A stretch of 63,747 bases of DNA, filler included, from Choristocarpus tenellus KU-1152 (taxonomy: Eukaryota; Protista; Phaeophyceae), in the NCBI GenBank assembly GCA_964200185.2. It is 7 parts of 7 records of this genome, joined end to end, with 100 filler letters (N's around TTAATTAATTAA, not from the genome) between each part and the next. Parts side by side here need not be neighbours in the genome. Positions count along the whole stretch, not along the records: positions 27,270 to 41,567 come from CAXNAD020001232.1; positions 41,668 to 47,095 come from CAXNAD020010811.1; positions 47,196 to 50,548 come from CAXNAD020020601.1; 4 more parts are not named here. The stretch is one strand, 5' to 3'. A model generated the notes under the pieces. That model did not search any database. It was not told the DNA's origin and saw nothing but the letters and a program-made list of their open reading frames with translations. A program made the position numbers and the translations under genes. Shown in pieces: positions 35,780 to 48,274 of this stretch (within the stretch, counting starts at the first letter, position 1; the number at the start of each line of letters is the position of its first letter).

Positions 35780-38700
35780 CTACGAACCACCGAGTCTCCT
35801 TAGGCGTTCTGAGAGAGCAATCCTGATATGCGCAGTGTTTGGATCCCCCTCATCCATGGAGCTCATAAGCGTGGCAAGGAAAGCATGTTCGTCACCTGCA
35901 ACATTACGCAAAGGTGTCCCTACTCCCGCCATTGCCCCTGCCGCATAGCCTGGACCAGTAACCTCATGGTTCAGTGACACCACCTCTGAGGGGGGCTGGA
36001 GATGCTCTGCCTGCTTCACCTGTTCTGGTTCCTGCACCTCTTCTGCCTCCCGCACTTGTTGCAGATGCTGTGCCTGTTGTGACTGCTGCACCTGCCCTGC
36101 TTTCTGCACCTTTTCTGACTGCTGCACCTGTAAAGGCTCCTGTGCTTGTTCTGGTTGCTGTGCCTGTTCGGCCCACTGTGCCGTTTCTGGATGCTCCACC
36201 TGCCCTGCATGCTGCACTTGTTCTGGCAGCTGCGCCTGCCCTACCTCCTGTGCCTGTTCTGGTTGCTGAGCTTCTTCAGACTGCTCTACCTCCTCTGGCT
36301 GCTCTTGCTGGGAAGATGCCAGCAAGCTAGAGGCAAAAATATTGGTACCCATTTCCTCCCCCCCAGTGAATGGTGTAACAGTCGAGTCCCTGTCCACTGC
36401 CACAATCACTGCTGCAGTGTTGGGAGGGTTCAGGTCACAACTGCTAGGGGCAGCAACCTGTTCAATCACCAGGTCGTGGGTGACAGCTTGCACAAAAGTG
36501 GGTGGGGAGGCTATGTCTGAGGTGAGTTTGGTAGATGTAGGGGGGCAGGTGGAAGCAGCAGCTCTGCTTAGGGTGTCTTGAGTCCCAGTCATCGAGTTGC
36601 TGAAGCACAAGGCAGGGGGGGGACAAGGGGGTGAGGGGCTGGAGCCTGGGTTAGGTGCACTGCGCTGCCTCTTGCTTGGAGCCTGCACACGCCTGCCTGC
36701 CTGATCTGGTGCGCGTCTGGTCCCCATGGCACTAACATTAGACCTCTTTCGCCACTGGTAGTCAAGAAATGGATAGCAGCATAGCAGCGGCATGAAACAT
36801 GGGAATTGGGTAAGGGAGGTGAAGGGAGGTAATACAGGAAATATCCTGAGTATCACATGTCAAGCAGGGAGAGGAGAAATACATTTCAATGATAGGTTAT
36901 ATAAACCAGATTGTAGAGTATTATAGATCATAGACCATTGGGTCCACACACACAACCCATCCTCACCTGGCAAAAACCCAAACCATCTTACTGATTCCCT
37001 ACCCACAATACAAAAATATGCATTCCTACTACTACCACTCACAGACAACCCAGCACCAGTCTAGATCAGTCCATACATTACTTAGATTCTCTCGTCTCAT
37101 TCATCTTACATACACACTGCCAAGGGAAGCATACTACTTGTACCTGCTTGCAGTTTTGCATCCCAGGTTTCTTATGACCCGAGCAGAATCGTTTTTTCTT
37201 CTCCTCTGGATCTCCAAAATTGGCAGCATAGGCACAACCCTTTTCTTCACACCTCTTGGTGAGAACATCCACCATGTCCTCTGCTCTGTGATTCTTGCAG
37301 AATACCTCCCCCTTCACGCCCTTGTAGTTGAAAGACCCCGACAACCGGCACCCCGGGTGAGGGCAGCGTCCCCCTGCATTATACACCATGCCCTCAAGAG
37401 CGTGAGTCTTGCAGTACTCTCTGGAATTGCCATCAAACCCAAAGCTTGGAATCTTCTCACACAGCTCATCCTTACACTTGCGGGTTCGTGTCTGTTGGAA
37501 GATAAAAGGGACGCATGGTAGGGAGGAGGGGGTAGGGGGGGAGGGTAAAGATTATCAGTGCCAAAATACGACACAAGAGCATCAAATTTCACCAAACTCC
37601 TACTTGAAGCCCTTTATACTAGGACTTCATTTTTCATTCTTATTAGGCCATCCCTTACAGTGCACAACACAAATGAGCCTCAAATCAAAAATACAGGCAT
37701 ACAGCGTGCCTTTGCCTAATATTTACATGTCTGATTCGTTTTTCTGGCTTTAGACTTGGTGTCATGGAGAAAGCGCCAACCTACACAGGGGTAAAATAGG
37801 TGTCATATCCCACAGGTTGCTCAAAAGCCAAAACCTCTCCTCTTTGTAAAATGCAATACATAGTACTACTACTCAAAGGCATACATACAAAAGACAGAGT
37901 ATACTTTCAAGCATGCTCGCATGAAGTTCAGTGTTTACCCCAGAGTACTCGGTAGCATATTGTAATATATAACCTAAACTCAGCTTTCGAAAAACTAGTC
38001 AAATATGACAATCATCAAGACCCCACGTTAAGGTACTTGCTCCCTCACGAAAAAAAATAAGAACACCAATCGGCCATGTAGAGCTTGACAAGATAGGTCC
38101 CACATGAGCGTATTTGTGAATTTCAGGGACCCAAATTCTGCCTCCTCTCGTCAGAACATATAATTCAACCATACACCAAAAAATAGCAAACCACCCACTC
38201 CTAGATAATAACACTAACAGTATGATACTACATTTTAATACGAATAGTATGATACTAAATATTAACACTAACAGTATGATACTACATTTTAATACGAATA
38301 GTATAATACTAAATATTAACACTAACAGTATGATACTACATTTTAATACGAATAGTATAATACTAAATATTAACACTAACAGTATGATACTACATTTTAA
38401 TACGAATAGTATAATACTACATATTAACACTAACAGTATGATACTACATTTTAATCGAATAGCATAATACTAAATATTAACACTAACAGTATGATACTAC
38501 ATTTTAATACGAATAGTATAATACTAAATATTAACACTAACAGTATGATACTACATTTTAATACGAATAGTATAATACTAAATATTAACACTAACAGTAT
38601 GATACTACATTTTAATACAAATAGTATAATACTAAATATTAACACTAACAGTATGATACTACATTTTAATACGAATAGTATAATACTAAATATTAACACT

Positions 38701-40702
38701 AACAGTATGATACTACATTTTAATACGAATAGCATAATACTGCATATTAATACTAACAGTATGATACTACATTTTCATACTAATAATATGATACTACATT
38801 TTAATACTAACAGTATGATACTACATGTTGACTAACGAATGTTGACTGCCACAAAATATACAAGTCTTCCAACAATTTCATCTCCTGCATCATACACAAC
38901 CTTCCCAATAGCAGGCAGCTATTCCTCACTTGCCTGGACCATTTCAGGCGTTTTGTGCAGTGCACAGAAACGCGGTTTCTGCCCCTGGAAGGCGTATGAT
39001 GCCAGCCTGCTGCATGTTTCACCCTCAAACTGGCAAGTGGAGCTCTTGCCTGTCATACCAGGCACACGGTGGGCCTCACAAGCCCGGCTGGAGCTGTTGC
39101 TCCACACAGCACGTTCAAGGCAACCTTCTGTATCACAGTACTTGTAGTAGACGTTGACCATCTCCGGCTCTGAGTGGCGCTTACAAAAACGACGGCGGGT
39201 CTCACCCCGGGGAGCAAAAGATGGGTTTTTTGTGCATTGTGGGTACTCACACGTCAGGATGGCATACGTCATGCCCTCAGACTTGTGCAAGCGGCACATC
39301 GTCCGCTTTCCATTGATGCCCCAGCTAGGAACCTTCTGGCAACCCTCTGCCATGCATTTTCGGGTGCGTACCTCTTCCATTCCTGCAACCCGGTGTTCAG
39401 CACACACAATGGGCTTGCCTTCTGCAGGATCGCCATAGCAAGGCTGCTTGAAACAACCCTGGATGGAGAGAGCAGGGGGAAGGGAAACAGGGAAATCGAG
39501 GCTTGTGTTACATCACTCGCAAAACAATACAAATGAGGTTCTCGGCGAGAGTCAACCATCGTTACTCACAGGTTCACAGGTCTGACATCAGCTCCGCAAC
39601 GCCACTTTCAGAATCCACCTCATTATATACAGTGGATAAACTGTAAGCAAGGGAACAGCTACCACAGACCACCAGATAAAATTATTTATCTGTCATGGCA
39701 ACATGAAAAACTCACCTCGTGCGCACAGATGACAGAACGGTATGCGCACACCATCCCCTCCTCACGGTGCACAGTGCAGAGTCGCTTTTTGGAAGACGCC
39801 CCATCCATCCACAGCGCCATACGGGGACAGTCTGGAATCTCGCAATTCTTACGATTGACGTAGACCATGCCAGGCTCACGGTGCTTCTTGCAGAAGCGAC
39901 GCTTGGGGTCCCCCTCAGGCGCGAAAGATGGGTATGTCTTGCAGTTGGGATATTCACAGTGCATGGCGTGCATGTTGGTCATGCCCTCGATCTTGTGAGC
40001 GGGACAGCTTACGGTGGGGTTTGACTCCTCGAATCCAAATACTGCGCGACGCGTACACCCATGGAAGTGGCAGGGCTGGAGTGGAGGATGCGGAACGAGG
40101 GACGTGACCATACAACGTAGGTCCGACCACAAGGGAACAGAACATTCCGACACAAATTATCGTAAGAATCAAAGGCATTCGTAGGAGCGCAGAGGGCCTT
40201 GCCAACACTGTCACATGACTGCCAGGTTCCTCTGTTTGGGGTTACTATAATAATATCTTGCCGATCATAGACTAACAAAAAGTCTCGGGTGGGTGCTAGC
40301 TACCTTAAAATAGAACGCAAAATATTCGAAGATGTTCGAAACCATCGTCGGCCCCCCGTCCCCTTACAATAACAAGCACACCTTCTCGCGTGGGTCTCCA
40401 ATCTCGATTGGCCTATGAGCGTGGCAGTATGCTGGCTCTCTATCACCCTCGAAATGATAGGTTGCCTCCCGACTACACTTCTCGTGTCGACACATGGGTT
40501 TTGGCCGCGGCAAGGGCATACCACCAAGATATAGAGGCATGGGAGCACCTATCATCCCTAGCCCGTGCATTGGCATGGGAGTACCCATGAAAGGAAAATT
40601 CCCCACACCTGGGAGGCCCCCCACCCCCACCCCAACTGGCACACCCGGAATGCCTGGCATTGGGGGTGGTACCCCCGGAATCCCGCCTGGAACGCCCTGC
40701 AT
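35780..40702 (-). CDS. EsV-1-7 cysteine-rich repeat protein (12 repeats) with Pro/Gly-rich N-terminus and Gln/Glu-rich C-terminal region
   Basis: Exons 40702-40382, 40075-39716, 39458-38934 (GC donor), 37491-37144, 36754-35780 join in frame. 12 units of C-x4-C-x~15-C-x2-H-x3-GM, e.g. CEEKGCAYAANFGDPEEKKKRFCSGHKKPGM. Start and 3' end uncertain; possible extra exons near 35490-35520 and 34900-35010. Confidence 0.88.
35995..36310 (-). repeat. Coding 18-bp repeat encoding EQ(A/V)QQ(P/A)-like hexapeptides
   Basis: EQAQEV GQAQLP EQVQHA GQVEHP ... EQVKQA in the last exon of the EsV-1-7 gene. Confidence 0.8.
37784..37945. mobile_element. Putative 162-bp MITE with TA target duplication
   Basis: TA-CACAGGGGTAAA ... 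TTTACCCCAGAG-TA (10/12 TIR match), in an EsV-1-7 gene intron; single copy in the window. Confidence 0.45.
38209..38835. repeat. AT-rich tandem satellite, 27-bp monomer in a 54-bp dimer (AACACTAACAGTATGATACTACATTTT / AATACGAATAGTATAATACTAAATATT)
   Basis: About 23 monomers read directly; lies in the 37492-38933 intron. Confidence 0.95.
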
Positions 40703-41667
40703 ATGTCAACTCCAACCTCGAAAGACGATCCTTAAATGCAGTTAGTACAACGATTATTGTTTTTGAACTAGAGAATGACAAATGACAGAGTGTAAGAGGG
40801 AACTCTGTTCCCAAAAACCAACCTCCTTTTGTATGGTGTACCTACCCAACTGATGGCACCAATGGTAGGTTGTTTATCGGCGTAAAAGAATACCGACTTT
40901 CTTCCGGTCCGATCAATTTTCGATACATATTTGAAATAGATGCGCAAATTATTTGCAACTGTTGCTTTGGGTGGTTGTTCTGATATTTGATTGGCTTTTC
41001 ATCGGTTTTCCTCTGAGACATCTGTAAAATGTGGGAGGGTAGAGTAATAAATATGTTAGAGGACATAATAAAAAAAATGGTAAATTCATATAAGTATATT
41101 CAATGTGACTATGTTGTATTAGTGTACTTTCTGACATTTTGTAGATGTGTGAGGAAAAACCAATGCAAATTTTCCAGATAGTAGAAAATACTAGATACTT
41201 TTTGAACTAATATGCCGAAAGATTGATGTAGTGTTGTGTACTGTTACATAATATTGAAGTAATGAAAACAGGCAGGAATTATCGGAGAAGAAAAAATGGT
41301 ACTCAAGTTCATCAATGTCTTGTAAGTTCAAAAATAGAAAATATCGTTTCATTTTGTATGCGGTACGATAACTTTTTTGTTGAAAAAACAGAGATAGTAG
41401 TAGTTGTGTATTTGATTATAATACAACTAAAAAATACAATAATAGTATTATATTTGTATCTTTTATTTGTATGAGAAAAAGGTTTATATTATTGGTTAAA
41501 TTACTTTCAATACTACGACTACTGTCAGGGACAGGTTCCTTTTTGGGATCGCCGACACACACTGAGANNNNNNNNNNNNNNNNNNNNNNNNNNNNNNNNN
41601 NNNNNNNNNNNTTAATTAATTAANNNNNNNNNNNNNNNNNNNNNNNNNNNNNNNNNNNNNNNNNNNN

Positions 41668-41753
41668 AGATGGATAATGAAAGTGCACTTTTCCTGGTTT
41701 TTGACCAAATGGACACCCTGGTGTAGACCCCCCCCCCCCAGATACTTTGAGTC
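41668..41753 (+). mobile_element. Partial copy (3' half) of the PIF/Harbinger-type MITE, at a contig start
   Basis: AGATGGATAATG..AAATGGACACCCTGGTGTAGAC..CCCCAGATACTTTGAGTC matches ~9645-9734. Confidence 0.85.
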
Positions 41754-41849
41754 AAACCAGTGGCTTGCTCCTGTTGAAGCATTGTGTCCCATTCTTAGCG
41801 ATTCCTGTTTAGAGTTGCCTTAATTCCTTGAGTCTCCATTCCTGTGTTG

Positions 41850-43250
41850 GTTAGACTGTGCAGCGCACCCCCAGTGGTTCATCATCCTTTGGTGCATCTA
41901 CTCTCCTCTTTTTCTGCAAGTAAACTCTGTGTGCGAAAAGGGGAGTGTATGGTTGTTTTTTTCTGTTTTTTTGTACTTCTGATACATGGAAATCTTGGCA
42001 CAGCACAAGAGTGCTGTCTGTTGTGTGGCCTGGATTTCAATCTGATGTGTCATTGTCGTGCTCTACGAAAGACTCCAAGAAGCTGATCGAGCCTCTGGGG
42101 ATTCAACCTTCTATTTTCTTGTACCTTGATGAGTATATCTTGCACTTTTTCGTTGTCTAATTTGTCGACTTAGATTTATGAAGTGGGCATCTCTTCTAAT
42201 TGTGGAGCAAGACATCACTCCTTTTTCTTATTGCATATTTGACTATTCTTTTGTGCAGGAAGGACCCTTGCTATTGGAGCCGAGTATATATGTATAGTAC
42301 AATACATCGATTCCTCCCGTTGCCCCCTTTTTTCGTCGTTGACCCCATGCAGCTGAATGCACCCAAATACCACTAAGGTCATTTTGGGGTGGGCCAAGAG
42401 CTTGATGTTGAGGTACAAGGTCAAGAGCATAAGGCTGAATGGGTACCTTTCAGCCTTTTGTACACTGAGTCTTGGTCTGTGAAGTGTTATGTCATGCGAC
42501 CAAGGGCAATGTGAATAGCTGATACCGATGCATGTGTGGTTCTACTTTCCCTCTCGGTCTTTTTCAACCAGGTACTGCTTCAGGTCCACAACACTCACCA
42601 CTTCCTGCAGTTCTTTGACGCTATTCGCCAGAGTATACACTGTGGGAGATTCAAGGCCTACACTGAGTGGATCTCAAACCAGTTTTTTGCTGAACAGTCC
42701 AAGCTTCTGCCAACAGTTTGATATGATCGTTCCTCCTTGCTACTACATGTAGCAGTATTTGTATGTACCTAGTGTGTAGTAGCTCTAATATCCTGCTTTA
42801 GTTGCCGCTCAGTCATTTTTTGTTGTTCCAATTATTCCCATTTTTGTGTTGGAGCAAGCAGGTCGGTTACTACAGGGATGTAGCATTGTCTCGTTGTGAT
42901 TTGTGCTATGATAGCTCTGGGCAGTTGTTGTGTACTTCAAACAAAGCTTCAAGGCACATGGTGGAGAAGGTGCGTTAGGTATCAACTGTCCAGTGATAAT
43001 TTTGTTACATACTTCAAAGCATGTTGTAGTACACCATGCAACATGAAACAGCCAACCAGTTGCTGATACTTTGCACTTCCCTAGGGGCAGTATATGCAAG
43101 GAGGATTCGATCCATTAGCTATAGCTGACCGTGTTGGAGCCCACTCCCTCATCGACAAATTGACCTTTCTCCACTCTTCATATCATGTCCTCCTTAGTTC
43201 CTAAGTCTGGTGAAGCAAGACACAACGCCCTGTCCAATTCTAAGGATGAT
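41850..43250 (-). mobile_element. Decayed non-LTR (LINE) reverse transcriptase remnant
   Basis: Antisense fragments in RT order: ILELLHTRYIQILL (~RPISLLNTDYKIL), VVDLKQ, KRLK-G-YPFSLMLLTLYLN (~GLRQGDPLSPLLFNLYL); frameshifted. Confidence 0.55.
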
Positions 43251-44399
43251 TTTTTTTATTTAACATACGAGTATGGTATCACCAAGCTTGTGTAGGGACG
43301 ATGGTAACTGAACTGTAGAAGACTGATTTTTGATAACTTTCTTATCGTATCGCCTAGTTGTGAAGAGTAGAGAGGTTGACAAACCCAAGTTTTATCATTT
43401 TTTGTGTCAAAGTACTTTTGAAAGATGTACTCTTCATGCCCTAAGATACCCTGAATTGCACCTTATTTCATACATTGCTTTCTGTAGTCCATCCGAATAT
43501 GTACTATTTTTTAACATGGGACTGGTGAATTTTTTATGAAGTGTTGGTGGAGTCTGCACTGCAGAGTTCAAAGTGATACGATTCTGCTACATTTTTACCC
43601 TTTTTGTATGTGACCAAACAAACCCACACAATGCATGAATCGTCTGTATCGTAGTACTGTCCTTAATGAGGCTGGACGGGGGCTCCTTTGGTTCTCAACG
43701 AAAGTAGCATAAGCGACCAGACACTTAGCAACCACGAGGGAAGTGAAGGATGCCTGCAAATACAACCTTCTTCAGAACAGGACCTGGCTTCCACCCCCTA
43801 AGGTTGTATGCATTCAACAATACGCACTTGGCCAGATGTGGTGCATAACATACCGCAATTTGAAAAGCATTTGGCTAACATGAAAACTTTAGAAGAGGGT
43901 TGATTTGGGAAAGTGCCCGTAGGTATGTGCGATACATCCCCTCGAGTATCCGAAGTATTTTTTCACTGGTTACACATTATATAGTATTTTCCGTCAACTT
44001 GAAGTATTGACTTCCACTTCATACTGGAGTATGTTTACACTCCCACTGTTTGATTTCTTCCATAACTTCTATGCACACCAAGAACACAAAATGCCATCCA
44101 CACCGATTATGAGATATACATGCAGCAATCACCACATACACACAAGGCGATGCTGCCAACCAGCTGCATCAACCTTATTGTTAATAGTGGAACTCGTGAA
44201 GGTCAACTCAGTTTTCGCATCTGTGTGTACTCCTCCCTACCCACTGGTCCCTCCTGCAGAAAGGCAGTCACCGGTGAGGTACATGGCAGTAGGATATACG
44301 GGCAAGGAGAACAGAAACGTCAAAATCATCAGCATTATCTCCTCGCTAGTGTCAAGATACAAAAAAATTTACCTCAATACTGCATTTGGCTGATGGTGC

Positions 44400-46050
44400 T
44401 TGCTTTGCTCTATGACAGGAAATTTCATCATTTCAAATTAGAACTAAATTTGAGTGCATGTACACGAAATAAAAAAGGGATTCCAATACAAGCTTCAAGA
44501 CCCAGACTGAGAAATTCCAGCTTTGTCTTCTCTCCTTTCCCATCGTTCCTTCGGTAACTACTGCCACTGATGAGAATGTTGCCTTGTTGCCCACCTACTG
44601 AAGGATTTTCGGACGAAAGGGCCTCCGCTTGAAAGGTTCGAAAAGTCTCCAATGTTCCTCGCTTGGCTCCCTCTATTATGTAACACCAGTATTCCTCCTG
44701 ATGCTTTTGATGACCTTTTGACTCATCATCAGTGTCGCTGAAGTCCTATTCTATACAGTATGCTGTGAGCTCTGTAGCGCTCATTGACTCCTGCATATGC
44801 CCCTTGTCAACAGTATCGTTCACTATCCTTTTGACCTGGTTGTAGTGTGGTATGACTTGTTGCACTGTCCCTCAAAGAACAAACTGGGACAGAAAAACTA
44901 AGAATTGTACTACCACATTACTGCATAATTCACCCTTTCAATGGCATCAATCAGATTTAAACTGGTGTGAATTATGAGGGTAGGAAGAGTCATTCGAGAA
45001 AGGATTGTAGACATCTTCTTGTCTGCTCAGTCCCAGGAAAGGCATCAGCATATCAGGTTGAGGAGAGTCGAGCACACAACGGTTAGGTCACCCTGCACCA
45101 ACCCTCCCTTACAGTGTCCCATGTGCTTCACTTGTGAGAGTCAGTGCTCATATGGAAGTACCTCATGCATAGCTATGAGTGGATGGTTCACGGTGGGCCC
45201 CCTAGTGCTGAGGGGAGAGCCCACCCTTCCTCCCACATTGCACACGATGTTTTCCAATGAGAGAAGGCACTGTTCATGTGACAGGAGTGCCCCCCCGCAG
45301 CGCACAGCAGGATGGCGTCCCACCTATGGACAAGCAGAAGAGGCCGAGGAGTGTGAGTGACACGGGCAGTGTTAGCATAATACTCGGTATTTCAAGTCCT
45401 TGGAACCTGTTGCCCTCACCATTGATGAAGTGAAGAGTATAGTGTCTGAGCCCGGAACTATTCGAACATTAAGCCAGACCATGCTTCATCTCGTTGACCA
45501 AGCACTCTATGATGCCATCGGGATTTTCCCTTCTTTCTATTAAGCCTTGATGGTGATGAATTGTTCAAGAACGGAGAGGAGAATTTTCCCACTGATGTAA
45601 TTTTTTGTGTGGTTGTGCTTATGCTGTGGTGTGGTGTAATAAAGATGGCAGTGTTACCTGATAAGATAGTCGTGAGTAAACCATTGTCTTCAATTAAATG
45701 GTGGTGAATGAACTGAAGTATCCAGTTCACCACTAGACGTTAATGCCTCAGCTGGGTCTGAAACTGGTGGTTGTGTTACCCTCCTCCGTGCCATGTTCAA
45801 GATTAAGCTCCAAGAGGATGGGTACAGAGACATACTTGCATAGGTGGTGGCTTGGTTCAAGATTGTGTAAAAAGAAAGAAGCGAGAGGAAATTCGTGCAG
45901 GGACGTTATTTTGTTTCATTTGGATTGTGATTCTGCTTTATACAATAATTATTGCAAAACCCATTTAGTAATATGCACCACCTTTTGCAAGGATTGTTCA
46001 TGTCGTGTGCATGCAAGATGTTCTCGAGAAGTTATGGATTACGACGGAGG
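44400..46050 (-). mobile_element. Possible decayed Copia protease/integrase remnant
   Basis: Weak motif ghosts only (NWILQ..HH, HMGH..C..C, QQG); CpG-poor and full of stops. Confidence 0.25.
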
Positions 46051-47195
46051 ATGGTAGACGATAGCAGAAAATCACCATGATGGATGGTGTGCACGTGTGG
46101 TTGATGGTGCCAAGTACTTCGTGGATGAATGCCATCACAGAGAAGTAGTACTAGTTGACTTAATCCATGTTGAAGTAGAAGATAAGAAACTAAAGAATAA
46201 AATAATTTTTCGAAGAAACACTACTATAAAAATATTATTTAAATGTATATATATTCAATTGAATAATGAATCAAGTAGGTTAAACCAGTTCACCATTATA
46301 TCCTTGCACCAATCATACACCAGATGATTATGCCTCATCTAGTTGAGCTGATTATTGCAAACATCATCTACTTTCACATTATCACTTACGGAGTAAGTTA
46401 AAGTCCGATGTAGCTTCCAGCGACTTAGTAAAGTATGTTTGTGCTGTAACTCATGCAATGGTTTGGTTACAACTTGTGTATCTCATTTTAGTTGGTGACA
46501 GCATTAGCACTACTGATTCAGGTGTATAAGAAACCGTTGATTTCCTGTCTCATTTAGTGATCTGATTGGGTATGCTACTATCTAATCATTTTGCTGCTTT
46601 CCATAATTGCCATACTGATATCTGGTTGTATTAGTCATGTATGGTTCTATAAGTTGTATTACACACACACACACAGATTTAATGAAGCAGGAATACGTCA
46701 CGTGGCTATTGAAGAATGGGCTGATAGCCATGATATTACAATAATAAATCTGAAACAACATCATCCCAAATTTTGGACAAGCCATATCAATGCAGCCACG
46801 GAAGAGAACTATCAAGACACTACATAAACACCTTAAAATCATAAGAGTAGATCCAGCACCAAAATGCCTCCATCTTGGATATAAGCGTGCATTCCGTTTT
46901 TTCAACAAGTACCATAAGGAAACATATTGCTATCAAAACCTGTCTTGTCCTGCATATACAAACTTTGCAAAAATAAAGCTCAATCCATACGTATTTGCAA
47001 GAACTATGTGATGGAAAGCATACAACTGTGGAAAGCATGTTTGTCTGTTATTATACCGTTATTGCCGTATGTCATATACTGTTATACCGTGGTACNNNNN
47101 NNNNNNNNNNNNNNNNNNNNNNNNNNNNNNNNNNNNNNNTTAATTAATTAANNNNNNNNNNNNNNNNNNNNNNNNNNNNNNNNNNNNNNNNNNNN

Positions 47196-47307
47196 GACCC
47201 TGGTTCTGACCCTGGTTCTGACCCTGGTTCTGACCCTGGTTCTGACCCTGGTTCTGACCCTGGTTCTGACCCTGGTTCTGACCCTGGTTCTGACTCTGGT
47301 TCTGACT
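47196..47307. repeat. 12-bp tandem repeat (GACCCTGGTTCT)n, cut by the contig start
   Basis: About 9 units read directly. Confidence 0.95.
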
Positions 47308-48250
47308 GCGGTGTCTTAGTTTTGAAGTTCTTGACAATGGAGTTGTGAAGTGCGCCCTGGGCAGTTCACTGGTACTGTGTTTGTTGTTGCTTTGTTTGTC
47401 TAGGGTGAAAGAAGAAGGAGGTTGTCTAAGTTGAATCTTGAGGACTCCGGGGGGGGGGTATTGTTGTTGTCACTCCAATTTTCTTGTAGGTGTGGGTGAT
47501 GTTGTCAATGGGGCTCTTAAATTTTTGTTCTTTTTTTTTATGATATTCCCCTGTTAAGAATTGATTGTGTTGCTAAGGGAATTCCTTGTGTGCCCCTTCA
47601 AGGGTAAGTATAGTACAGCCACTTTACTTTTTGTTATTTGTAAAAAAAAAGAACTTGTTTAAGAATTCAAATGTAATCGGCGTGTACGCACGAGAAACAC
47701 TCGTGAAAGACACCACCACTTTTGTTATGGATTTAGTTTGCTTTGTGAAAATGAACATAAGCACAGCTCAAGTTTCCTGTATTTTGTTTTATTTTTGCTG
47801 ACCCTGCCCCCCCCCCCCCCCTCCCCTCTGTCGCTGTTATAAAATATAATGGTGTTGTAACGTTGATTGTGCTGCAGGTTGCCAGGATGAGTCTTTGCCT
47901 CTGATTCTCTCGGTCTACAATGAGCCACCATTGTCATTGGATGCTGATGCCGCAGGAGGGGGGGGGGATGATGGGACTTTGCTTGCGGGCTGTATGGTAT
48001 GTGTTGTACTCTTATCTCTGCGTTGTGATTGGTTGTGTGTAGTTTATTTTGAATTGGTTTATTAAAAAAAAAATTGGGGCGAGAGAGGATTGGTGGAATG
48101 TCTGAGTTGATACTCACAAACAGTTCTTTATTTTTTTTAGTATTAGTATTTTTTGCTATGATTAATACTTCCTTTTGGTGTAGGTGTGGCTGCATGGGGG
48201 TGATGTCCTCATCATGGGTGTCTTTTTAATACCTACATTTTTTCATTTGT

Positions 48251-48274
48251 TTAGGGTTAGGGTTAGGGTTAAGG
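48251..48274 (+). repeat. Short interstitial telomere-type repeat (TTAGGG)3 TTAAGG
   Basis: Read directly. Confidence 0.75.

Noticed and set aside
35974-36581. Ala/Pro/Val-rich and Leu/Cys-rich plus-strand ORFs
   Set aside because: Antisense shadows of the 18-bp Q/E repeat exon.
38209-38835. CRISPR-like array or repeat-protein ORFs (MILHFNTNS / IILFVLKCS)
   Set aside because: Units are contiguous without unique spacers, no cas genes are present and the context is a eukaryotic intron. The ORFs arise because the period is divisible by 3.
35780-40702. Endogenous phaeovirus insertion
   Set aside because: Only the EsV-1-7 repeat is virus-related. The gene has spliceosomal introns and no NCLDV core genes lie nearby.
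47140-47337. QNQG-repeat ORF
   Set aside because: Translation of a 12-bp satellite running into the N linker; no gene context.
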